64,000 nucleotides of DNA from a bacterium. GTDB taxonomy: Bacteria > UBA8248. The stretch's first letter is position 1. Each line of letters starts with the position of its first letter. The notes beneath the pieces are model-generated. The model searched no databases, was not told where the DNA came from, and saw only the letters and a program-made list of their open reading frames with translations. The translations under genes were made by a program, and so were the position numbers. The stretch spans positions 512,001 through 576,000 of the forward strand of contig OY843592.1 of NCBI GenBank assembly GCA_963692865.2. The letters are read 5' to 3'. This document shows, in pieces, positions 19,687 through 29,149 of the stretch.

Positions 19687-21228
19687 CTAGAGAACCCTCA
19701 AATCCTCTCCCGTCATCTCGGGCGGCGGAGAGATGCCCATCAACCCCAACAGGGTGGGGGCCACGTCGCAAAGCGCGCCGCCTGTTCTGAGCGGGCCGTC
19801 GAAGCCGGGCGCGGCGATGATGCAGGGCGTATCGTTCAGCGTGTGCGCCGTGTGCGGACAGTCGTTCTCCGCATCCCACATCGTCTCGCAATTGCCGTGA
19901 TCCGCCGTCACCACCGCCGCCCCGCCCGCTCGCTCCAGCGCTTCGAGAACGCGCCCGAGACAGGCGTCCACGAAGCCGGCGGCCCGGACGGCGGCGCTCT
20001 CCACCCCCGTGTGCCCGACCATGTCCGGGTTGGCATAGTTCAAGACGATGGCGTCTTCATCGCCTCGTGCGATGGCGTCCAGTACCACCTCGGTTACTTC
20101 GCTCGCGCTCATCTCGGGCTTTAAGTCATACGTGGCCACCTTGGGCGAGGGAACCATGCGGCGCCTCTCGCCGGGGAGCGGCGCCTCCTCGCCGCCGTTG
20201 AAGAAATATGTGACGTGGGGATACTTCTCCGTCTCGGCGACCCTCAGGCAAGTCTTTCCCGCATCCGCCAGGGCGTGGCGGAACAGGCCCCCCATCCTCA
20301 GGGGCGGAAACGCGACGGGCAGCGCGAAGCGCTCGTCGTACTCCGTCATGCAGGCGTAATGAACCGAAGGCCTGCCCGAGACGTCGAAGCCGCCAAAACC
20401 CTCGTCCGTGAAGGCGCGGGTGATCTGCCGCACCCTGTCCGCGCGGAAGTTCATGCAGATCACGGCGTCGCCGTCCCGGATCAGCCCCGCCGGACGCCCG
20501 TTTTCAACGAGAACGACCGGCTCGATGAACTCATCCGTCACACCCTGCGCATAAGAGTTCCTTATCGCCTCTGCCGCGCTCCGCGCGTGAACGCCTTCTC
20601 CCGCCGCCATGGCGCGGTAGGCGCGCGCGCTTCTCTCCCATCGCTCGTCTCGGTCCATCGCGTAGTAGCGCCCGATGACGGTGGCGAGTTCGGCCCCCGC
20701 CTCGCGCCGCAGGTTCTCCGCGTAGCGGCCGACGAATTCCAGCCCCGAGCGGGGCGGCGTATCCCGCCCGTCGGTGAAGGCGTGCGCGAAGATGCGCCCT
20801 ATCCCGATTTTTCTCCCCAGCCGCGCCAGCGCGACCCCGTGGTACTGGAGGCTGTGCACGCCGCCGTCCGAGACCAGACCCAGAATGTGCAGGGCGCCGC
20901 CTTGATCTTTGGCCCGTTGAATGCACTCGACGAGTGGGGGGAGCTCGAAAAAATCGCCGCTTTCGATGGAGCGGTCGATGCGGACGATGTCCTGATCCAC
21001 CACACGGCCCGCCCCGAGGTTCAGGTGCCCCACCTCGGAATTGCCCATTTGCCCGTCGGGAAGCCCCACGGCGCGCCCCGAGGTGAGGAGGCGGGTGTGG
21101 GGACTGTCAGCGAGCAGGGCGTCCATCGTCGGGGTATCGGCCAGTGCGACGGCGTTATGGGCGCGCTCGTCCGATAATCCCCATCCATCCAGAACGATGA
21201 GCATGACGGGGCGAGGGGAGGGCTTCAC
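19687..21228 (-). CDS. gpmI: 2,3-bisphosphoglycerate-independent phosphoglycerate mutase
   Basis: LIVLDGWG, GQMGNSEVGH, SDGGVHS, DGRDT, GRYYAMDRD, ETEKYPHVT, NPDMVGHTG, TADHGN. Confidence 0.97.
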   Translation of the reverse strand: MKPSPRPVMLIVLDGWGLSDERAHNAVALADTPTMDALLADSPHTRLLTSGRAVGLPDGQMGNSEVGHLNLGAGRVVDQDIVRIDRSIESGDFFELPPLVECIQRAKDQGGALHILGLVSDGGVHSLQYHGVALARLGRKIGIGRIFAHAFTDGRDTPPRSGLEFVGRYAENLRREAGAELATVIGRYYAMDRDERWERSARAYRAMAAGEGVHARSAAEAIRNSYAQGVTDEFIEPVVLVENGRPAGLIRDGDAVICMNFRADRVRQITRAFTDEGFGGFDVSGRPSVHYACMTEYDERFALPVAFPPLRMGGLFRHALADAGKTCLRVAETEKYPHVTYFFNGGEEAPLPGERRRMVPSPKVATYDLKPEMSASEVTEVVLDAIARGDEDAIVLNYANPDMVGHTGVESAAVRAAGFVDACLGRVLEALERAGGAAVVTADHGNCETMWDAENDCPHTAHTLNDTPCIIAAPGFDGPLRTGGALCDVAPTLLGLMGISPPPEMTGEDLRVL

Positions 21229-21261
21229 AACGACCTTTCCGGAAAAACCGAGACGCTCGTT

Positions 21262-22155
21262 CTATCTCGAGTCGAAGACGCGGACGAATTGCAACTTCTT
21301 CTTGTCCCACCGCCAGAATTCCTCGAACGGGAACCGATCGACCAGGAACGCGCTCTTCTCTTCTCCGCCGCTGAGGCTGAAAACCCGCTCTTTGTATTCT
21401 CTCTCCCCCTTAAGGATGAGAGTGGCCGGATTGCCCGGCCCGTTAAAGCGAAAACGAATCTTGGCGCTGAGATCCGCGCTTCTTTGAACGGACTGGGTTC
21501 CCGCATCGCCCAGTTGCGCCCTCGGCCATTGCAACTTCTCTCGCAGGCGCGCGAACCACACCAGTTCGAATCGGCGCTTGCGGGTCGGCTTGATTACCCG
21601 CACGGCGTCCGAAAAGCGGCCGTTCGAACCCTCGCGAACGTTGACTATCAACTCATACGAGCCGTCCCCCGTCAGATCGGCTATCTGGTATGTGATCTCC
21701 CGCCCCCGGCTCAAGTCGCTATAGGAGACGAGCGGTTTTCGGGCGCTCTTGTCGTCATCCATCAGACAAAAGGTGATGTAATGGTCCTTGGCGTGATCCG
21801 ACTGGATGACCATCAGGGTTTCGAGGCGCTTGTCCGCGTCCATGTTGATCGGGATGAAATCCACGGAAAAGGCGTAATTCTTCAGGTGATCGGAAGAGAG
21901 ATACCAGGGCCATTCGTTTTCCGGCAGCGGGCAATTCGACAGGGCGTTGAGCTGCACGTTCGAATCGGAGGAGAAAAACTTGCGCACCAGCAACCAATCC
22001 TCGGGCCTCTCCAGCCGCTTGAGATGAGAGACGAGACGGGAGATGCGTCTTTGCTCTATCGCTTCGGGCGTCTCCGGCGCGGCCGCAGACGCCTCCAATC
22101 TCCAGGCCGAGGCAAGAAGACACAAAATCAAGGCCATCCACATGAGGCCTTTCAT
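21262..22155 (-). CDS. Secreted hypothetical protein with DxDxD-type (FG-GAP-like) loops
   Basis: Signal peptide after AAGGAG-ATG 22155, with motifs NMDADKRLE and DLTGDGSYE. Confidence 0.6.
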   Translation of the reverse strand: MKGLMWMALILCLLASAWRLEASAAAPETPEAIEQRRISRLVSHLKRLERPEDWLLVRKFFSSDSNVQLNALSNCPLPENEWPWYLSSDHLKNYAFSVDFIPINMDADKRLETLMVIQSDHAKDHYITFCLMDDDKSARKPLVSYSDLSRGREITYQIADLTGDGSYELIVNVREGSNGRFSDAVRVIKPTRKRRFELVWFARLREKLQWPRAQLGDAGTQSVQRSADLSAKIRFRFNGPGNPATLILKGEREYKERVFSLSGGEEKSAFLVDRFPFEEFWRWDKKKLQFVRVFDSR

Positions 22156-22232
22156 CGCATGCTCCTTACAGGGCGCCACCCTATGCAGCAACATCAGCCA
22201 GCAATCTTACAATAAAACCGCGAAAAACAACA

Positions 22233-23195
22233 TCAGGACCGGAGCAACACCTTGATTATGCCCTGTTTGCGCGCTTTTTCAAACGCCTCCGGCGCGTTTC
22301 GCAGGGCGAAGCGGCCATGAATCATCGGGGACGTGCGGAGCGCGCCCGTCTCGAGCGCGCGAATCGCAGGCGGAAAAGGCCCGCAGCGCGAACCCATAAC
22401 GGTGATTTCATCCACCACGACGGAAGACAGGTTCAGGCGAGCCTCCGAAGCTACCGTGCTCTTGAGCACCAGCACGCCTCGTGGCCTCGTTTTCGAGACG
22501 GCGAGTGAGAACCCCTCCGCAGCGCCCGTGGCCTCGACCACGACCGGCCATCTCTCTCCCTCGGAGCACAGGGCCTCCGCAGGCTCGATCCAGGCGGGAA
22601 TCTCATCAGGAGCGAGCAGCGCCATTTTTTCCGGATGGCGGCCCAGCAGGCCCACCCTCGCCCCGGCGGCGCGCAGCACCTGAGCCTGCAAGAGGCCCAG
22701 CCGCCCGTCCCCGATCACCAGTACCTCCCGGTCCACGACCTCCGGGAATTGCTCGATCACTTCGAAACAGGCGGCCAGAGGCTCGCAGAAAACGGCCGCC
22801 TCGTCTTCTATTCCATCGGGAAGGGGGTGCAGATTCCGGCTCGGCAGACAGGCGTATTCCGCAAAGACGCCGGGACGATCCAGAATGCCGAGGACGCTTC
22901 TCCCGGGGCAATGCCGCTCCATGCCGCGCGCGCACCAGACGCAATTCCCGCAACCGCAGTTGATCTCGCCCACGACCCTGCGCCCGATGAGCGGATGCGC
23001 CTCCGGCCCCGCCACCTCGCCCACGAACTCATGGCCCAGCACGCCCCGGAAATTCATGTACCCGCGAATCAACTCCAAGTCGGTGGCGCAAATGCCCGCG
23101 AGCCGCACCCGAATGAGGGCTTCACCCCCGGAAGGCTCAGGGCGCGCCATTTCTTTCAACGAGGGGCCGTTCTCCTCCAGCACGTAGGCAAGCAA
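22233..23195 (-). CDS. zinc-dependent alcohol dehydrogenase (MDR family)
   Basis: GICATD, GHEFVG, CGNCVWC...HC, EPLAA, GDGRLG. Confidence 0.92.
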   Translation of the reverse strand: MLAYVLEENGPSLKEMARPEPSGGEALIRVRLAGICATDLELIRGYMNFRGVLGHEFVGEVAGPEAHPLIGRRVVGEINCGCGNCVWCARGMERHCPGRSVLGILDRPGVFAEYACLPSRNLHPLPDGIEDEAAVFCEPLAACFEVIEQFPEVVDREVLVIGDGRLGLLQAQVLRAAGARVGLLGRHPEKMALLAPDEIPAWIEPAEALCSEGERWPVVVEATGAAEGFSLAVSKTRPRGVLVLKSTVASEARLNLSSVVVDEITVMGSRCGPFPPAIRALETGALRTSPMIHGRFALRNAPEAFEKARKQGIIKVLLRS

Positions 23196-23272
23196 TGGGT
23201 GATCTCTTCCGCTTCAGATGGCTCGGGGCGGTTCGGTTTTCATCGCGGCCCGGAGCATGGGCGCTCGGCGGC

Positions 23273-24007
23273 TCACTTGCGCGACCTCAGGGCCTCCTTG
23301 ACGCGGCCGACTCCCAGATGTTCGGCGATTACGTCTTCTCGCGCAAGAAGCTCTTCGCTCGCGCCCTCGAAGGCGACGAAACCGCGGCTCAGCACGTAGA
23401 AATAATCTCCCACCTCCAGCGCGAGAGAGAGGTTCTGCTCCACGAGCAAAATGGAGAGGCCGTGCGTGCGGGTCTTCAGGATTCCGTCTCTGATGGAGCC
23501 GACGAGTCCGGGGGCGAGTCCCTCGGTCGGCTCATCGAGAAGAATCAACCGCGGCCGCGCCACCAGGGCGCGCGCGATCACGAGCATCTGCTGCTCGCCG
23601 CCGCTCAGGCTTCCCGCCAGTTGTCCGGCGCGCTCCTCGAGGACGGGAAAAAACGCCAACGCCTCGCGGACGCCGTTTGCGTCCGAGCGCGGGCTGGCCT
23701 GTGCGGCGACGCGAATGTTCTCCTCCACGCTCAAGGAACCGAAAGGCCGTCTGTCCTCGGGCACGTAGGCCACCCCCATGCGGGCGACACGGTGGGCCGC
23801 CATGGCGTCGATGCGCTGCTCCTCGAAGTGGATTTCGCCCGAGGTGGCCGGCGCAAGCCCCATGATGGCCTTGAGCGTCGTGCTCTTGCCCGCGCCGTTG
23901 CGCCCGATGAGGCAGACGATTTTACCGGCGTCCACCTCCAGGTTCACGCCGTGGAGTACGTGGGCGGTCCCGTAGTGAACGTGGAGCGAGGAGACCTTGA
24001 GCATCAA
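23273..24007 (-). CDS. branched-chain amino acid-type ABC transporter ATPase (LivF-like)
   Basis: GRNGAGKST, LSGGEQQM, LLDEPTEGL, VEQN. Confidence 0.93.
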   Translation of the reverse strand: MMLKVSSLHVHYGTAHVLHGVNLEVDAGKIVCLIGRNGAGKSTTLKAIMGLAPATSGEIHFEEQRIDAMAAHRVARMGVAYVPEDRRPFGSLSVEENIRVAAQASPRSDANGVREALAFFPVLEERAGQLAGSLSGGEQQMLVIARALVARPRLILLDEPTEGLAPGLVGSIRDGILKTRTHGLSILLVEQNLSLALEVGDYFYVLSRGFVAFEGASEELLAREDVIAEHLGVGRVKEALRSRK

Positions 24008-24762
24008 TCTCCCTCCACTTCGACGGCGCCCAGATAGGCGTCCTGCACCTGGCGGTCCTTGCTGATCCGCTCGGGTGGCCCCTGGGCGATCACCCGGCCC
24101 TGCGTCATCACGGTGATCTTGTCCGAAATCGAAAGAACCACCTCCGTATCGTGCTCGACGAGGAGGACGCTCATGCGGTCCGCAATCCGGCGCACGAGGC
24201 GGGCGATGCGCTCGGTCTCCGTTCGGGACATGCCCGCCGTCGGCTCATCGAGCAGCAAGACCTCGGGGTTGAGCGCGAGCCCGATGGCCACTTCGAGCAC
24301 GCGCTTGTCCCCGTGGCCCAGTTCCTCGGGCCGCAAGTGGGCCTTCTCGATCAGCCCGACCACCTCCAGCGATTCCTCCGCGTCCTCACGGGCTTCCCGG
24401 CAGGCGCTCGCCTTTCGGAAGAAGTCGAAATTCAGCCCCTCGCGCGAGCGCGCCGCGAGCTCGACGTTTTCGCGCGCGCTCAACTCGCCGAAGACCTGGG
24501 TAATCTGGAACGTGCGGACGATACCCTCCTTCACCAGCTTGTGGGACGGCAGTTGGGTGACGTCGCTTCCGTTGAGCAGCACCTTGCCTGCGTCGGGACG
24601 GAGGAAGCCGGTGATGCAGTTGAACAGCGTCGTCTTGCCCGCGCCGTTCGGTCCGATGAGCGCATGCACCTGCCCGGTTTCGATGTCGAGAGACACGTCG
24701 TTCACGGCGTGCAGGGCTCCGAAGGACTTGTGGAGACCCTCCACTACGAACGCGCCGGCCAC
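24004..24762 (-). CDS. branched-chain amino acid-type ABC transporter ATPase (LivG-like)
   Basis: GPNGAGKTT, RTFQ, LLDEPTAGM, VEHD, VQDAYLG. GTG start about 24762 after GGAGAAGG. Confidence 0.92.
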   Translation of the reverse strand: MAGAFVVEGLHKSFGALHAVNDVSLDIETGQVHALIGPNGAGKTTLFNCITGFLRPDAGKVLLNGSDVTQLPSHKLVKEGIVRTFQITQVFGELSARENVELAARSREGLNFDFFRKASACREAREDAEESLEVVGLIEKAHLRPEELGHGDKRVLEVAIGLALNPEVLLLDEPTAGMSRTETERIARLVRRIADRMSVLLVEHDTEVVLSISDKITVMTQGRVIAQGPPERISKDRQVQDAYLGAVEVEGD

Positions 24763-25748
24763 AACCTTCTCCAGATTCTCTCGGCGACCCCCGCAATCCC
24801 CGAGGGCATGAACAAGACGGCGAGCACGAAGGCGAGCCCGAAGGAGAACTGCCACGCCCGGTACATCGTCGTCACCTGATCGCGTACGAAAATGAAGCCG
24901 ATTGAGCCGATAATCGGACCGAACAGCGTGCCGATGCCGCCCAGAATCGTGATGGCCAGTATGTTGCCCGACTCGATCCAGTAGAGCGTCATCGGGTTCG
25001 CGCCCGCCTTCAGGAATACGAAGAGCGTCCCCGCCACGCCGCCCGTCATCCACGAGAGGATGAGAATCACCAGCTTGTGGCGCCTCACGTCGATGCCGAT
25101 GGCCGCCGCCCTGTCCTCGTTCGCGCGAATCGCCAGGAGGGTCTTCCCGAAGGGAGACTCCACCAGCCTTCTCAGGAGGAGATAGCAGACGATGAGCGTG
25201 GCGGCGGTCAAGAGGTAGAACTCCTCGCCCGGCTCCACCTCCCGGCCGAAGAGCGTGGGCAGCGGAACGCCGATGAGGCCGTCCAGCCCGCCGGTGAACG
25301 AGCGCCACACCACGGATATCTGGAACAAGACCTGGCAGATACACAGGGTGAGTATGGCGAAGGCGATGCCCGAGAGGCGCGTTACGACGAGGCCGGTGAG
25401 AAACGCCACGCCTGCCGCGGCGATTACGGCCACGAGGGTCGAGAGAAAAAAGTCCGCGGACACGTTCATGGCGAAAATCCCCGCGGCGTAGGTCGCGAAG
25501 CCGAAACTCGCGGCGTGGCCGAACGAGACGAGGCCCGTGTAGCCCACCAGCAAATCGAGGCTCATCGCCCAGATGCCGAAGATCAGCGCCTCGGTGAGCA
25601 GGGTGATGAAAAAAGGACTCGCGTTCAGGAACGGAACCGCGAGGAGCAGGAGCGCGAAGCCCGCGAGCATCGCTTGCGCCGCGACCACCCTCGATCGGCT
25701 CATGGAGCCTTCTTGCGTCCCGTTTGCCGCATCAGGCGATTCGGCCAC
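24744..25748 (-). CDS. ABC transporter permease (LivM-like)
   Basis: GYTGLVSFGHAA, TGGLDG, SPFGKTLLAIRANE, ILGGIGTLFGP. Confidence 0.92.
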   Translation of the reverse strand: MAESPDAANGTQEGSMSRSRVVAAQAMLAGFALLLLAVPFLNASPFFITLLTEALIFGIWAMSLDLLVGYTGLVSFGHAASFGFATYAAGIFAMNVSADFFLSTLVAVIAAAGVAFLTGLVVTRLSGIAFAILTLCICQVLFQISVVWRSFTGGLDGLIGVPLPTLFGREVEPGEEFYLLTAATLIVCYLLLRRLVESPFGKTLLAIRANEDRAAAIGIDVRRHKLVILILSWMTGGVAGTLFVFLKAGANPMTLYWIESGNILAITILGGIGTLFGPIIGSIGFIFVRDQVTTMYRAWQFSFGLAFVLAVLFMPSGIAGVAERIWRRLWPARS

Positions 25749-26598
25749 GTCCGAAGACTCCTCTGGGCCGCAGAACCATGATCGCGGCCACGACCAGGAA
25801 AAGCACCGCGATGGCCCACTCCGCGATGTAGCCCCCGCCGATGGATTTCGCCAGCGCCACGATGAACGCCCCGACGGCCGTGCCGGGCAGATGGCCGAGA
25901 CCGCCCAGGATCACCGCCAGGAACGAGTCGATGATGATGCCCATCCCCATTTCCGGCTCGACGGAGAAAATGGGAGCGCCCAGCGCGCCCGCGAACGCCG
26001 CGAACCCGGCGGCGCCGCCGAAAATGCTCGTGAGCAGCCACCGCGTGTTGATGCCGAGCGCCTCGGCCATCTCGCCGTCATCCGTGATGGCGCGAATCTG
26101 GAGGCCCACCGGCGTGAACTGGATGAAGGCGAAGACCAGCCCCGTCACCACCAGCGATAGCGCCGACGCAAAGAGCCTGTAGACGGGGAACTGGTTGCCG
26201 AGGATGTCCACCGTGCCCTGGAAGATGACGGGCGGCTTGATGAGGGTGGTCTCGGTGCCCCATAGATACTCTATCGCGCCCGTGATCATGAACGAGAGTC
26301 CGAAGGTCACGAGCAGGGTGTAGATTTCATCCCGGTTGCGAATGGGGGCAATCGTGAGCCATTCCATCGCGATGGCCAGGGGCACGACCACGAGGGGGGC
26401 GAACACCATCGCCCACCACCCCATCGAGGGCAGGATGATGATGAAGAAATATCCCCCCAGAGCGTAGAGCACGCCGTGGGCGAAATTGACGACCCGGCCC
26501 AAGCCGAACACCAGGCTCAGGCCGAGACTCGTCAACGCGAGGAACGAGCCGTAGATAATCCCGTTCAGTGAATTGACGAACAAGAAATTCCAGTCCAT
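25732..26598 (-). CDS. ABC transporter permease (LivH-like)
   Basis: GLSLVFGLGRVVNFAHG, GLQIRA, VILGGLG. Confidence 0.93.
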   Translation of the reverse strand: MDWNFLFVNSLNGIIYGSFLALTSLGLSLVFGLGRVVNFAHGVLYALGGYFFIIILPSMGWWAMVFAPLVVVPLAIAMEWLTIAPIRNRDEIYTLLVTFGLSFMITGAIEYLWGTETTLIKPPVIFQGTVDILGNQFPVYRLFASALSLVVTGLVFAFIQFTPVGLQIRAITDDGEMAEALGINTRWLLTSIFGGAAGFAAFAGALGAPIFSVEPEMGMGIIIDSFLAVILGGLGHLPGTAVGAFIVALAKSIGGGYIAEWAIAVLFLVVAAIMVLRPRGVFGRGRIA

Positions 26599-26606
26599 CC
26601 CAACCG

Positions 26607-27863
26607 CTATTTCTTCAAATTACAGCCGAGCTTCTTCGCCGGCTCGAGCGTCTTGGACGCAGGAAGCGCCGTAACCGACTGCGCGTACATGGCGCCGTAC
26701 TTGGGCTTCTTGAGCTTCTCGATCCTCCCGAGAATCAACGCAACCTCCGCCATGCGGCCGTCCTTCTGGAATCGCATTCTTCCCGCGGGAGCCTCCACGT
26801 CGAGTTTCTCGAGCGCCGCGACGATGGCCTTGCCGTCCGTAGAACCCGCCTTCTCGATGGCGTTGAACAGAAGCTGGGCCGCCGTGCCCGCCTGGATGGC
26901 CTGCATCCCCGCTACGCGGCCGTGCATCTTGTAGTAGAGCTCGTTGAATTTTTTAGTCGTGGGTATCGTGTCCTCGAGACGCCACGCGCTCCACGCGCCC
27001 GCCGAGACGATGTGGGTCGACAATTCCCCCAGCTTGGCGATGAGCCAGTCCGGCAGTCCGATGGGCGCCACCAGGGTCGCCTGTTTCGTGAGGCCGAACT
27101 CGTTGGCCTGCTGGATGAACTGCACGAGCGGCGTGCCCAGCGTTACGGGGATGACCACCGCCGTCGCGCCCGATGCGCGGACCTTGGCGATGAACGGCGC
27201 CCAGTCCGTTGTATCCAGCGGCGCATAGGCTTCGCCGACGTAATTCACGCCCTTGACGATCTTGACAGAGCGCGCCACCCGGCGGCTCCAGGGGTAATCG
27301 TGGCCCATGGTGAACCACTTCGCGGTCTTGAACTTCGGGTTGTCTTTGATGAGCGAGTCCATCGCCACGACGGCCATCTGGGGTGTGGGGTTCGTCTGGA
27401 ACACCCAGTAGTTGCACTTCTCGCCCGTGATGACGGCCGAGCCGCTGTTCGATGTGATGATGGGTACGCGGAGGCGGTTCGCCACGGGCAGCAACGCCAA
27501 CGCTTCCAATGTGCTCGTTCCCAGAATCGCCGTTACTTGGTTCTTCTGGACGAGCTTGGTCGCCTTGGTGACCGCCACCTGCGCGTTCACCAGGCTGTCT
27601 TCCAGGATCAACTCGATGGAACGGCCCATGACGGGTCCGTGCATCTTCACGGCCGTCTGGATGCCCGTGGTGATTTCATCCCCGATGGGCTTGAGTTTTC
27701 CGCTCAGAAAAGACAGCACCCCGATTTTGATGGGGTCTTTCTTCGCGGCGAATGCGGGGGAGCCGAAGGCGGCAACGAGCGCGAAAGACAGCGCCGCAGC
27801 CATCACCGCCGGACGAGAAACGCTGAGCCATCTCTTTTGGGAATACGCCGATCTCGTTGCCAT
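26607..27863 (-). CDS. ABC transporter substrate-binding protein (Leu/Ile/Val-binding family)
   Basis: Signal peptide, IKIGVL..LSG, DYPW, AIEKAGSTD. ATG 27863 after GGGAGG. Confidence 0.9.
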   Translation of the reverse strand: MATRSAYSQKRWLSVSRPAVMAAALSFALVAAFGSPAFAAKKDPIKIGVLSFLSGKLKPIGDEITTGIQTAVKMHGPVMGRSIELILEDSLVNAQVAVTKATKLVQKNQVTAILGTSTLEALALLPVANRLRVPIITSNSGSAVITGEKCNYWVFQTNPTPQMAVVAMDSLIKDNPKFKTAKWFTMGHDYPWSRRVARSVKIVKGVNYVGEAYAPLDTTDWAPFIAKVRASGATAVVIPVTLGTPLVQFIQQANEFGLTKQATLVAPIGLPDWLIAKLGELSTHIVSAGAWSAWRLEDTIPTTKKFNELYYKMHGRVAGMQAIQAGTAAQLLFNAIEKAGSTDGKAIVAALEKLDVEAPAGRMRFQKDGRMAEVALILGRIEKLKKPKYGAMYAQSVTALPASKTLEPAKKLGCNLKK

Positions 27864-28237
27864 TACCTGTTCCTCCCTGTCTTCCGATTCCGTGGACTCA
27901 GAGTGCGGACGCAGGGTCTTGCCCGTTTCCGCACGTACAAGAGAAGAAAGATTGAACCCTTCCCCCGGAATAGCTCCGGTGCGGTTCACGCAAGCAGTAT
28001 GGCGAGATGTATATTCGCAATATACAGGAAGGCCTTCATCCGCACAACAAGCGAAAACGCGCCCTGGCGCACCCCGATAGAGGATGCGTAGGGGCGCGCC
28101 GCAATCGGGCGGATGTGGTATGAATCGAGGGCTGTTTTGGCGTACCCTTCATGCGCCGACAAAACGCGCCCGCAGAAAACGGACATGACGCCTGCAAGGC
28201 TTTAGGCTGCGGCGCTTTTTCTTTGGAGAGATTCGGC

Positions 28238-29086
28238 TTGCTTCCCAGGTTCATCCTGCTCGCGCTGTTCGCATCGTTCCTGATCGGCGTGGCGGACTAC
28301 GTGTACGGACGCGCGGTCAGAAACAAGATACTGCCGGGCACGATTACGGCCTCGCAGTCGAGCATCGTCGTTCCCGTCACATGGCTCTGGGCGTATTACG
28401 AGGGCAGCTACGCCTGGACGCCCCCCGCTTTCCTGGGTATCGGCGCCGCTTTTTTTACATTCATCGGCTTTTGGAGCTTCATGAGAAGCGTGGAGCTCGG
28501 AGAGGCGAGCGCCAGCACGCCCATCTACCGGATGAGTTTCGTCGTCACCGCCATGCTCGCGGTCTGGTTTCTGAGTGAATCCATCACGCTCTCAAAAATC
28601 TTAGGGCTCGTTCTCACCGGCTGCGCCATTTTCCTGTTCTCCGATTTTCACCGGGGGAGTTTCTCTGCCGACAAGCTCGCCTCCGTCCTGTGGGCCGTCG
28701 CAGCGATGGTGGCCGTCGGCCTCGTAAACTTCATCTACAAGCTCGGCGTCTCCGGCGGCGTGTCGCCGATCATGTTTTTGCACAGCCAGGCGGTTTTCTT
28801 TATCACCACCGCGTACATCTACTCGTTCGCCGTGCAGGGGGGACCGCAGTTTTCGAAAAAAGGCTGGGCGCACGGACTCGCGACCGCCATCTGCTTCATA
28901 TTCGGGAACACCTCGCTGCTGGCCGCATTCAGAGATGGTGAGGCCACCATCATCTCACCTATCGTGCAATTGAGTTTCATCACGACCACGATCCTGGCCA
29001 CCTGGCGGCTGTCCGAGAAAATGACCTTGAGAAAATTACTGGGGCTGGCCGCCGCGGTGGGAACCATCGTCGCCTTCACGCAGTAA
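28238..29086 (+). CDS. DMT/EamA family transporter
   Basis: About ten hydrophobic segments and two GEAS/T..PI...L.E repeats. TTG start after GGAG. Confidence 0.8.
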   Translation: MLPRFILLALFASFLIGVADYVYGRAVRNKILPGTITASQSSIVVPVTWLWAYYEGSYAWTPPAFLGIGAAFFTFIGFWSFMRSVELGEASASTPIYRMSFVVTAMLAVWFLSESITLSKILGLVLTGCAIFLFSDFHRGSFSADKLASVLWAVAAMVAVGLVNFIYKLGVSGGVSPIMFLHSQAVFFITTAYIYSFAVQGGPQFSKKGWAHGLATAICFIFGNTSLLAAFRDGEATIISPIVQLSFITTTILATWRLSEKMTLRKLLGLAAAVGTIVAFTQ

Positions 29087-29149
29087 CGAGAAGAACCGAA
29101 GAAGCCGCCCTCCCGGCGGGGGAGAGGGAAGCGCCGCGCGCGCTCGATG